Shown here piece by piece: positions 52,001-62,129 of a stretch of DNA of 64,000 bases (positions are counted from its first letter, which is position 1; each line of letters opens with the position of its first letter). The DNA comes from Hormiphora californensis. Lineage: Eukaryota > Animalia > Ctenophora. The notes under the pieces are model-generated. The model ran no database searches and was not told the DNA's origin. It saw only the letters and a program-made list of their open reading frames with translations. The stretch is taken from assembly GCA_020137815.1 (NCBI GenBank), contig CM035359.1, positions 7,874,001 through 7,938,000 of the forward strand, written 5' to 3'. A program made the translations under genes and the position numbers.

Positions 52001-54955
52001 CTAGTCTCGCCTTTTCGACCTCCTCCGTGAGCCACGGCGGGTCTTTAATTTGAGATGAAACGTATGTTGTCGGAGTGGTTTTTTGGTATGCCGTTATCAT
52101 GATTTCAGTTATGGTTTTGGTAGCCTCTTCTAATTCTTCCATCGTATTGATTTCTGAATTTAGAGTTTTACTTTTCTCCATTTCACTGATTGCTATTTCA
52201 CGATATTGGCCCCAATTTGTTTTCTTTATGTTTTGAAAGGTGCGAATGTCTCTGCCGTCCATGTCGCCCATGACGAATGTGATGGGGATGTGGTCTGACC
52301 GACATGCTCCTTTGATGGTTTGCCATTCTCTTATAGAGTCGACTGCTGAGTTGTTTGTTATGGTTAGGTCGATTACGTTCTCCCATCTGCCATTATCAAA
52401 CGTTATTGCATTATTTACATTCGAGATATGCAAATCTTCTTGTATTATTTTGTCTAGGAGAGCTTCACCTCTAGTTGTTCCTTCTGGATCGAATCGCACA
52501 CTCCCCCAGTCTGTGCTGTGGGCATTTACGTCTGATCCTAGGACTAGGGCGTGGTTGTTTATCTTTGCGTAATCAACTATCTCTTTGAACTTAGGAGGAG
52601 GGCATTCCATTCCTCTGCCCATATAAATGGAGCTGAGAATAGAGGCCTTATTTCCCAATTTCAAGAGAATTGTGACTGTGTCTCCATCAGTTAGACTGTT
52701 TAGGAGGAACACATGCTTAGATATGTTTTTGTGAATCATAATCCCTGCTCTGGGCCTTTCAGCGGTCTTGTCATAGACCGCCGTGTACCCATTGCTAGAT
52801 TTTATTCTCTTTTGTTTTCCAATCAAAGGTGGTTCTTGGACCAGAATCACTTCGGATTGGGTTAGTTTTGAGGATATGATGTCATCCCACGCGTCAGGAC
52901 CTTTGTTTAGGTTGATTTGAGTCACCCTAATCTGTCCCCGTTTCCGGGTGTCAGAGGAAGTCTTTGGCGGAGGATTTGTTTCTACCGTTTTTGCACCGTT
53001 TCCCTTTTGAGCGTTTCCGGTTGGGGCGGAATTCTCTTTCGGTTTGCGGGCTAGACGATTTTGTGTTGTTTTCCCTTTCCGAGCACCATTTCCTGCTTCA
53101 GCGTTTCCGTTTTGGACGGAATTCTTAATTAGGATTTGGGCTGGGTTTCCATTATGAGCGCCATTACCTGCTTTAGCGTTTCCGTTGTGGACGGAATTCT
53201 TAAGTGGGTTTTGGGCTGAACGGAGGGGTTGTGTTTGAGGTTGTGGGGAGAGTGCTCCACCTGTATCTTGATGTTGAGTAGAGTGAGAGTTCTCACTCGG
53301 AGTGGAAATAAATGAGAAACAATGATCACCCATAGAATACGGTGGGAGCAGGAGCAGTAATGAAATGCCCTAACATAAAATGGAAATATGAACTGCCTCA
53401 TGGTCATGGTATTAAGGCTCCGTGACCTGGGGGACGACAGTAAATCACCCCTACAGCCTAAAAGTATAAGTAGTAATACTGACTGTCCGGTGGCTACCAT
53501 ATTTCTACTCCTCCTTCCCACTATCTTCCCATGGGGCAGATAGCGGGGATGGTGGTGTTGAGATGTGTAGAGACCTGTATAGAGCTAAAGCTTGAGAGAT
53601 CGTGCCTTCTCCTTATCCTTCTCCTCCTTCACTCTTTATTGCTCTCCCCTCTGGAGGAGGGGACAGGTTAGAGAGATAGAGGAGAGGATCAGACAAGGTG
53701 ACATGGTGTTATCAATGTAGTGCGCGCTCAGCTAGCGCCATAACCAATCCTATTTGGTAGTAGGGCGGTCATGGCGCGTTACTGCACGAACCCTACTGTC
53801 GTGATAATTCACTATTGGTTCTACCTCGTTTGGTTTGTAACTAGTGTTCCACGAGCGTGTACCACTGGGTGGCATTACTCTGGATCCTTGTTACTGGCCA
53901 AGAGGGGGTGGTTTTGTCATTCCGGTAGCAACCAGTGTTCCTATGTGAATGTAACTTCACATTGGATCCTTGTTGTGTACCGGGTGACTTTGGTTTTGGT
54001 CATGACTATTGCCAGCGTTCCTGTGAGAGATTCTCACTGAATTCTTGCTCTAGTCGTTAGTTTTAGTTGAGTCTATTGCCAGTGTTCCTGTGAGAGATTC
54101 TCACTGGATCCTTGCTCTAGCCATAACTATATTGTTTTAATGGGTTTGGGTGTGTACCTGTGTTGACGGTTCCCTGGACTGACCCCGTGGTATGCTCCCG
54201 CGCCAAGATTGCTCCCACTGGCGTCACTGGGGGTACCTGATCTCTCACGGAGTCCTGGTATCCCACTTGGTCGCCTGAGGGTGCCTTCTCTGCGCAGGTG
54301 CCGCCACTGGGCCTCGTCCCGGGGCCATCTCCACTGGCCACGCCCAAAGTGTCGGTTTGTGGAGTGCCTGTGGTGGTCTGTCTCTCACCGGCCCTACAGT
54401 ATGCCCCTGCCTCAGATTTGTCCCCTCTGGCCTCTCTTGGGGCTCCTGGCCCCCCCTCTATTGCCAGTGTTCCTGTGAGGGGTACTCACTGAATCCTTGC
54501 TCTAGAGGGAGGAGACCTGGTGCCCACTTGGAGGCCTGAGGGAACATCTCCGTTGCTGGGGACACTACGGGACCATGCTCGAGACCAACTCCACTGACTT
54601 CCAGGTATAGTTGTTGGTATGCCTGTGGGGGTCAGCCTCTCACCGGCCCCGCAGCGTGCACCTGCCTCAGATCTGTCCCCCTGGCTTCACTTGTGGCTCC
54701 TGGCCCCCCCTCTATTGCCAGTGTTCCTGTGAGGGGTACTCACTGAATCCTTGCTCTAGAGGGAGGAGACCTGGTGCCAGCTTGGTCGCCCAGGGGACAT
54801 CTCCGTTGCTGGAGACACTACGGGACCATGCTCGAGACCAACTCCACTGACTTCCAGGTATAGTTCTCCGCATACTGCAGTCTTTAGACACTAATGCTCC
54901 TTTTGAAGGGAGACATAAGCCCCGGCCCAAACTATAAAAGGCGTAGCAAGGATTC
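49093..54955 (-). mobile_element. TSD-bounded LINE (LOA/R1-like, I group) with (GAA)n tail
   Basis: 11-bp TSD TCACCCCTATT (49082-49092 and 54956-54966), (GAA)n 3' tail, and 3' UTR hairpin tctcagcccc-gtga-ggggctgaga. Confidence 0.88.
49245..53333 (-). CDS. Intact LINE ORF2-type protein: AP endonuclease, RT, RNase H, CCHC knuckle (1362 aa)
   Basis: Motifs LVQEP, SDVNAH, SDH; FLDIEGAFD, GCPQGGILSP, FADD; YTDGS, WIPAHQGHHGNELADALAK; CNLC...H...C. Confidence 0.95.
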   Translation of the reverse strand: MGDHCFSFISTPSENSHSTQHQDTGGALSPQPQTQPLRSAQNPLKNSVHNGNAKAGNGAHNGNPAQILIKNSVQNGNAEAGNGARKGKTTQNRLARKPKENSAPTGNAQKGNGAKTVETNPPPKTSSDTRKRGQIRVTQINLNKGPDAWDDIISSKLTQSEVILVQEPPLIGKQKRIKSSNGYTAVYDKTAERPRAGIMIHKNISKHVFLLNSLTDGDTVTILLKLGNKASILSSIYMGRGMECPPPKFKEIVDYAKINNHALVLGSDVNAHSTDWGSVRFDPEGTTRGEALLDKIIQEDLHISNVNNAITFDNGRWENVIDLTITNNSAVDSIREWQTIKGACRSDHIPITFVMGDMDGRDIRTFQNIKKTNWGQYREIAISEMEKSKTLNSEINTMEELEEATKTITEIMITAYQKTTPTTYVSSQIKDPPWLTEEVEKARLEMLDKLEIAQDTKMQKDWALARAARNSHSKIRVYSKRKCWKAWTEELDAFSDAQKISHVIKTSEGCKLNCVNDKNGNITSSPKETLLAMADVHFGDHNITRPSTQDYDKIGRGKWSNERTFSTTRIIKALREFRPLTAAGPDSIRPIMMQKIADTFAKYFAKIVTASYELGKTPTLWQEAEAIYLPKPGKGDYRQPKSFRTITLASNLQKLAERLVLWHIEADQKVHKKLNKSQYGFKRGVSTETALHKVVRKIEKTLMNQGIALGTFLDIEGAFDNVAFKAIERALHAKLRDKRTVDWIMFTITNRKVTTKLLGESLTIMVTRGCPQGGILSPFLWNLVMDDLLNHSKKEIPGDLQGFADDLSLLVTTTMPPSKAGPSVDILPLRDATQKGLTAINKWCKTVGLKLSALKSHIVIFTHRQNVKINDPIKIGGNSINTVSSTKFLGLTLDSKLNWNEHIVKQIKKCKNILMQCRRVVGPTWGLNPKTASWIYTTIVRPALSYGAMVWANAMLTKTNQDNMIKLQRMALKMVTGALPTTPASALDKITNTTPITEHLRFCAVKTAYTLMATGQWEGPVKSDLKNPKKFTSHANTVNKTLRTLPSEWTHDLTTPVLSLDRDFLTEIPDRGSYKEVESEFTTVIYTDGSKINDNAGAGLTIWKDGEETTQKSFNLGPHISVPASEMFAIQQATQTLLDSGTANERVLINCDSQGTIKSLDTTTSRSKTTLKTISNLNTLSIWNNVTVRWIPAHQGHHGNELADALAKKGAQNTSEETLIPIPKAAAYAALRNKIKTGNRKISNHMDMIWADRFGKSLKNMTRSNLRAATHLLTGHGNLNYHMKKLKKVKTTTCNLCGMEDETVKHVLTECPLLWKLRQEVFDKLCVTLDDIRHHLPFQKTVTFYRRAEKLLHPEDPHPSSR

Positions 54956-55399
54956 TCACCCCTATTATAACACGTGTTTTCCCTTCCTCTCAGGACTTCA
55001 TACAGGCGACTGTGTGGCTTATTATTGCCGAGATGTCAAAGTGGTCCTGTTAAGAAACACCACGGCCCAGATTGAAGAGTTTAGGTGTAAATTTATTGTT
55101 TGTGGAGGTCTCATCTGGAGAGAGGTGATGTGGAAATTATTGAAAGTAAGTTCATGAATGATTTCGTTCCCTTAACGTAACGCGCGAGGATGTTCTCACA
55201 ACTAGAGTGTCGACCGTCGATCTCTGCGAAATGCATCTTGCGCGAAAACCACACCAATACATGATAGCAGAATCCTGCAGTAGGTTTGTGTGCACAGGGT
55301 GTGTAGTATGTACAGGGTGCCGGTCCCTTGTAAAAAACAATATTGCACAAGTCTCTCTTTCTTAAACTGACAGGTGCACAGTTGATCGACGGTCAGCAG

Positions 55400-55515
55400 C
55401 CCTATTTCTGGCTGCAGAGTCTGTTTCTGGCTGCTAGACCCTATTTCTGGCTTCAGAATCTATTTCTGGCTGCTAGATTTAGCAGCCAGAAATAGGGTCT
55501 AGCAGCCAGAAATAG
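55400..55515. repeat. ~20-bp subrepeats (tatttctggctgctag) with an inverted pair
   Basis: Direct read. Confidence 0.7.
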
Positions 55516-58029
55516 ATAGTAACTTGTATCAACTGTTTGGATTTCTGCCTACTCTTGTCTGTCTGTGTAGATTGTAAATACGTTTTAATCTTTAAAACAG
55601 ATTACATTTTACAGGAATTTTGAATGCTGGGATGAAGTAGAAGTACATAGAAGGGAGATGTCAGATGGAGTCTATATTTCTTTCGGGGAACGGTATCAAT
55701 ACGAGGTGAACCAACAAAGATACTGTCATTACATTTTGTACCATTTTGATGAATAGACCCCATTTAATTCTTTCTAAAACTCCGCAACACCCGGCTACCA
55801 TATCCGTTTACTCAGGATCAGCTGTGTGGTGCTGATAGCAACTTCCGCGGTAGATACATATGGAGGCCGAGGGGTGGGGTGACCCCTGTGCATGTGGTGA
55901 ACATGAGTCATCTGAGGTACCGCCCTGAAACACAATGAAAGAACAATTCATGTGCTTTTTGATCTCGGGATATCCAAAGTGTGAGTACACATTTCCGATG
56001 TCATATGTGTGGATGTCTAACCGTGACTGACCGTGTAAAACTAAAAAAGTTACAATCTGAATACACTCGACTCTTTTATTACCGATTTTATATCACAGGA
56101 AAGTTTGAGTGCTGGGATGATCAGAAGTAGAAATCGAAGATGGGTCAACAGCATCAAGGTGAACCAAGAATTGCTGTCATTACATTTTATACCAGGTATT
56201 GAAGAATCGACCCCAGGCCCATTTCGTTCTTTCTAAAACCCCAGAACGATACGTGTGCGTAGTACACAGTACACACACTTATGACTTATCGTTCGATTGT
56301 ACACGCTGTGTACATAACTTGCACAACTCACAATACAAGGTGTGCCTGTGACTTGTGTAGTGTGTACATTATATCTCACGATGTACCACTACCAACACTA
56401 TACTATCTGGGCCCATATTGATTTCAGCAGCCTGTTCTACTCTGATCTATCCCCCTTTCAATTTCAGGAGCAAGATGTGTGATGGACGAGGAAACTCAGA
56501 CACAGGGGTATAACAAAAGATACAAATAGAATGGTGATTTGTGTGTTTTTTCCCGATCTGGATTGATCTCTGGTGACTGATAACGCCTATTAATACGACC
56601 CGTACCAGCTGTTTATGTATTCCAAGACTTCAAAAAGACAATAGAAATAAGGGATAGTGATTGTGATGATATTCTGAAGTGATAAACAGTAAAACTATGT
56701 TTGTTTTTGATTTTTGTTTAATCAACATTTCTTAAAACATAAATTCCCACGAATTCTTGCATCTATTAAACATGAGACCTACTTTACTTTGTTCAGATTT
56801 ATCTCCCGAATCCAACGCAACCGGAATTTTGAAAATCGGAGCAGTTTTACTTTTTTCATAAATTCTCACTCTCGCTGGGAACGCTGGGTCCGCGAGTGTG
56901 TGTAACTCCAGATCACGTGACCTCGCGCGCGGTCATGTGGGGGGCACGCGCGGTAAGTGCTGACGCTCGTCGCGGCTGAGCGCCCGCCGAACGGGAAAAA
57001 CGTGCAGCTCAAGTCGCTTGAAACGGACTTTAATTCCGGCACCTACCCCCACTAATGCGAGGACGCTGATCACTTTAGTGCCCTCGATTTTGTCTCTACT
57101 CCTTTCCTAAGGGTAGTTACGCTTTTGGCGTCAGACTAGAAATGCAGGTAAAAAGTAAACCCGGAAATGAACATGTTGCACCCCATCCCGAGTTTGAAAA
57201 AACTCAGGAGGGCTAGAGGGGACCCATTGGGACACGTTTGTGAAGAAATCAGCTTGTCACAAATTTTTTCCCGGTCAAGGCAATATTCGGTGTTATTACC
57301 CCTAACTATTGCGTAAATCTCTGTGTTTCATTTCTACTAATAGGTACAGCTCCCGTGACAAGGTTGAGCACTTTCGGTGGCAAGTGCAACGTCATACTAT
57401 AGACCAGGGACATTTATTGCTTTTTTCACCATGTCAGAACTCTGAAACTAAAAGAGATGGAGACTTGCCCTTTTAAACTCCAGTAGTTCTAGTCTACGTG
57501 ACACTGTATACCAAATTTCAGACCGATTTGTGCAGTGGGGGCTTCGCTATGAGCGTGGCTAAAACCTAAAAAAAACTTATTACTGCTTTCTGGCACACGC
57601 GGCTGGGGGGAGGTGGTGGTCACCTTTACGCTTGCCAGCGCAGTGATAAAAATCCGGCTCCAATAAGACTCGTAGTAATACTACTAAAAGTGAGACCTAA
57701 ACACAACTGGCGTACGGAAAATAAAATACAATTTCAGCACTGTAGAGATCTCGAATTATCGCGCCCTCCGTCAAGTCGAGATTGGGATCTAATTGGGTAC
57801 ACTCACACATCTCCGCTCCCCTATCCCTGTGATCCGCTGACCGGGCTCTATATTCTCCTTGAAGTTGGCTTAGCCTGAGCCCTGATCTTGAGAAGGATTC
57901 TCTTTAGTTTCATTCATTATAATCATGATAGGTTCCTTTATAATTTTCTCTCATTTTATGCTGTAAATCTCTTTTACAATCACCCCCATCTCTCCTTTTC
58001 TCTCGCTCACTCCCTTTTTCTCTCCCTGT

Positions 58030-58500
58030 CTCTCTCTAGTCTGCCATGAACTCTAGGTCTTGCAGTTGGAGAAGGGAAATGAACACAAGCTAGTTTTTGA
58101 AATTAAAGTAAAGAAATGAACACAAGCTAGTTTGCCAGGACCTCTAGGTCTTGCAGTTGGGGGAGGGAGAAATGAACACAAGAGCTAGTTTACCAGGAAC
58201 TCTCTAGGTCTTGTAGTTGGAGGAGAGAAATGAACACACGCTAGTTTACCAGGAACTCTAGATCTAGGTTTTGAAGTTAGGGGCGGGGGGATGAACACAA
58301 ACTAGTTTGCCAGGAACTCTATAGGTCTTGCAGTTGGGGGAGGGAGAAATGAACACAAGCTAGTTTGTCAGGACCTCTAGGTCTTGAAGTTGGGGGAAGA
58401 AAACAAGCTAGTTTACCAGGAATTATAGGTCTTGAAGTTGGGAAGCCGGGGGAGAAATGAACTCAATCTAGCCTGACAAGAAATCTAGATCTTGCAGTTG
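58030..58500. repeat. ~60-bp minisatellite, about 8 degenerate copies
   Basis: ctctaggtcttgcagttgg...aatgaacacaagctagttt recurs. Confidence 0.85.
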
Positions 58501-58702
58501 GGGGGGGGGGGGGGGGGTAAATGATGACATGACGACACTGAAAAGAGCAGTCACTGATGCAAGAGATTGTCACTGGAGATGACAGGGCTGGAATAGGGCT
58601 TGGTCAATTGTATATTTTTGATTTGTGATTAGGGGGCAATTTTAAAGTGAGAGGGTGGGAACTGAGAAGGATAGAATCGAAGGGAGATGGGGACAAAGAG
58701 AG

Positions 58703-58704
<2 letters not shown>

Positions 58705-58794
<90 letters not shown>

Positions 58795-58801
58795 GAAAGA
58801 G

Positions 58802-58900
<99 letters not shown>

Positions 58901-58954
58901 CTGACAGAGATAGAGACTGACTGAGATAGAGATAGAGATAGAGAATGAGAGAGA

Positions 58955-58996
<42 letters not shown>

Positions 58997-59125
58997 ATGG
59001 GAGAGAAAGAGAGAGAATGAGACTGAAAGACATAGAGAAAGTCAGAGAGATCATAGACAACGATAGATAGAGATAGAGATAGGTGCATTGTAATTATGGG
59101 ATTATATGAGAAAGAAACTATAAGA

Positions 59126-59164
<39 letters not shown>

Positions 59165-59165
59165 T
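58705..59165. repeat. Compound (GA)n/(GATA)n microsatellite
   Basis: Direct read. Confidence 0.95.
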
Positions 59166-60325
59166 GAACATTGAACAAAGAAATGGAGAGAAGGGGATAG
59201 AGGGAATAAAAAGTACAATCAATGCATTATAAGCATACAACTCATTGAACAACACAAGCAGAAAATGTTCACTTTACGGTTACTTCATTTGAGATTTAGG
59301 TGAAGTCCAGAAAATCTAGGTAACATGAAGCCAGCTTCCGTACTCGGAAGGGTGTACAGTGTACCTCTTTGTCACCCCTGACCCCATTAGCAGCCCCGGA
59401 AGTCACCTGATACCGGCTTCCGTACCAGGATCAATAATATAAGGTCGTCTTGTGTTTCATATATCTCTTTTTTTGCAATGATAAGTAATATAAGTTCAGT
59501 TGGTATTTGTGGAAAGTTTGATTTGTCTAAGAAGTTTTGTTGACTCCGTCTACGAGTAGAAGAGCGCGGCTCAGTCCCCTGAGCGCGTTACGCAGCGCCC
59601 TCGTGCTGAAATTGTTTGCTATTTTCCATACGCCAGTTGTGTTTAGCCGAGACTAGAACATGCCTACAAATTTTCAGTTCGATATCTCAAAAAATGTGGT
59701 CACAATCGCTGCCTAAAATTTGCCACCCCCCCCCCCCCCCCCAGAAAATTCACTCTTCCGTGTAAGTAATTAGTGAGGGCCGTCACTTTTTGGATTTTGG
59801 TGCAGGGGCAAAATTTTTTTTGTTTTTTTCTGTTTTCTTCGGGTCGGAGGTGCCTGCCGACAACAACAAATATATATTTTGACCAATTTTCACGGTCTCT
59901 AACCTCTCTACCTTCCTCGGCAGGAATCCATTCGATAACATCCTACTCTCTAAGACCATGATGATTCGAAGCTCTGTTTACCAAACACCTGACTGCGTCT
60001 TTATTGGTAAGCATTTTTGATACTGAGCCGCCATGAGAGTATGAGGTTGTTTGTGAGACGCTGGTATAGTGGCCAGTGGGGTACAATTCACCACTCATAA
60101 TTTAAGCTGTTCCTCGCTATCTTTTACCTGTCCTGGTCAGCTGTCTTTCCCCTAGCAATTTTTTGGTATTTTCTTACAAGGTGAACCGTGAAGGTACTCA
60201 ATGTGAAATATAACAGCCTTGTAACCGATTTAGGACATCTCTGGACAAGGAGGGAGGGGGTTGACGCAATTCGGACTGTCCCAGGTTTTGAAGAAAATTT
60301 TTTACTGATTTTACTAGATCTATAG

Positions 60326-60435
60326 TAGTGGGAGACACTAGCGTGGTACGCGCAAAAAAATGTGCGCCACACACCTGTTATTTTAGGTATGTGGCGCACA
60401 TTTTTTTGCACGTACCACGCTAGTGTCTCCCACTA
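60326..60435. mobile_element. 110-bp Academ-like palindromic MITE
   Basis: TAG|TAGTGGGAGACAC ... GTGTCTCCCACTA|TAG. Confidence 0.8.
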
Positions 60436-60490
60436 TAGGTGGACGAAACTCAGACAGGGGAGGGAGGGGGGGGGGTAGTATGGTAGTTAA

Positions 60491-60950
60491 GGTCGTGCGC
60501 ACTTTTTGGCGCCAAATGGCGCCAAGTTGGGTAAAAGGGTCATGACCCTAAGTGACCAATTTTTGGCGCCAATTTTTGATTTTTTGGCGCCAAAAACCAT
60601 TATTGGTGCCAAAATTATCGCCAATAAAAAATACTGGCGCCAAAACGCGATTTGGCGCCACTTTTTTTGTCGCCTACGCTCTTTTTGGCGCCGGTTTTTG
60701 GCGGTTCACTTGGGTGACCCCTAAAAAATTGGCGCCAATTCTGAAATTGGCGCTACCCATCCTTGACCCTAAGTTTTTGGCGCCAATTATTCATCATGTG
60801 CCCCTTTTGTAATAAAATCGGTGCCAGAAACTCGTTGGCGCCAATTATATATAGCGCCAATTTTTGGCGCCAATTATTCATCCTGTGACCCTTCGTAACA
60901 AAATATTGGCCCAAAATGATGTAAATTGGCGCCAATTTATGGCGCCACAT
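60491..60950. repeat. TE-like segment packed with TTGGCGCCAA palindromes
   Basis: Starts after TTAA|GG. About 20 exact or variant copies of TGGCGCCA. Confidence 0.7.
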
Positions 60951-60984
60951 GAAGTTTTTAATTTGCGTTTATAAGCGTTCAACA

Positions 60985-61300
60985 CTAGCGTGCAACAATT
61001 ACCACTTTTGCCCGTGCGAATCAAGTGGTTGTTATGGCGGGTAGGCATGAAGGTCAACGGCGTGAATACTGCACGTGCATGTTGTTGGATGCGTGTTATG
61101 TGTTCGGGTGTTCCTGTCATCTACAACTGGGGTTCCCATGATTGCCAAAGCTTTCCTACCTATAGGTACGTACGCACGTACGTACCCCCGATACAGCTCC
61201 AGTTCTACGAATCTTTATCACCTGATTCAATATATTTGAAGGGAACCTCTTCCTCAATCCTTATCACCATCCCTACCACTCTACCAACCTTTATATTCTT
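60985..61300 (+). mobile_element. Helitron-family fragment
   Basis: Reverse complement of ~40440-40645. Confidence 0.65.
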
Positions 61301-61339
61301 CATGTCTCGAAAACCCCCAAATGGGGATAAGAGAGGAGT

Positions 61340-61521
61340 GGCGAAGAGAGAGGAAAGAGAGAGAGAAGAGAGCTGAGAAAAAAGGGGGAGAGAGGGACAG
61401 CGAGAGGAGAGAGATAGAGAGAGAGAGAATAGAGAGAGAGAGTGAGAGAGAGAGAGCGAAGAGAGAGATAGAGAGAGAGAGAGTAAGAGAGGAGAGAGAG
61501 AGAGAAGAGAGAGAGATGAGA

Positions 61522-61556
<35 letters not shown>

Positions 61557-61679
61557 AGAGAGAGGAGAGAGAGAAAGAGGAGAGATAGAGAGCTGGAGAA
61601 AGGGGGGAGAGACGAGAGAGAGAGTAGAGAGAGAGAGAGAGAGAAGAGCGAGAGGAAGAGAGAGAGAGAGACTGAGGAG

Positions 61680-61727
<48 letters not shown>

Positions 61728-61788
61728 AGGGGGAAAATGAGAGAGAGAAGAGATAGAGAGGAGAGAGAAGAGGAGAGAGAGGAGAGAG

Positions 61789-61830
<42 letters not shown>

Positions 61831-61872
61831 AAGAGAGGAAGAGAGAGAGCGAGAGAGGAGAGAGAAGAGAGA

Positions 61873-61909
<37 letters not shown>

Positions 61910-61931
61910 AAGAGAGAGAAGATAGAGAGAG

Positions 61932-62005
<74 letters not shown>

Positions 62006-62065
62006 GAGAGAGAGAGGAGCGGGACAGACAGAGAGGGAGAGAGAGAGAGAGAGAGAGAGAGGAGT

Positions 62066-62118
<53 letters not shown>
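61340..62118. repeat. Degenerate (GA)n tract
   Basis: Direct read. Confidence 0.95.
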
Positions 62119-62122
<4 letters not shown>

Positions 62123-62129
62123 GACCCGA

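Larger units (their letters stand above)
44472..57029. mobile_element. 12.6-kb Kolobok-type composite insertion
   Basis: TTAA TSD on both sides and perfect 24-bp TIR AGTCCGTTTCAAGCGACTTGAGCT. Removal restores the mirror image of the host's left arm. Confidence 0.85.
42884..57308. mobile_element. Academ-like foldback element (~1.9 kb of its own sequence) split by a 12.6-kb insertion
   Basis: TTG|TAGTTAGGGG ... CCCCTAACTA|TTG. The left arm 42884-43520 is mirrored by 44100-44471 plus 57030-57308. Confidence 0.85.

Noticed and set aside
54464-54501. GCAAGGAT...ACAC resemblance to U6 snRNA in the LINE motif
   Set aside because: The match is too short and the ACAGAGA box and the rest of U6 are absent.
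53841-54760. Repeat-plus-variable-insert layout resembling a CRISPR array
   Set aside because: Irregular spacing, duplicated inserts, no cas genes, and a eukaryotic LINE context. The 17-, 21-, 60- and 177-bp arrays also lack unique spacers.
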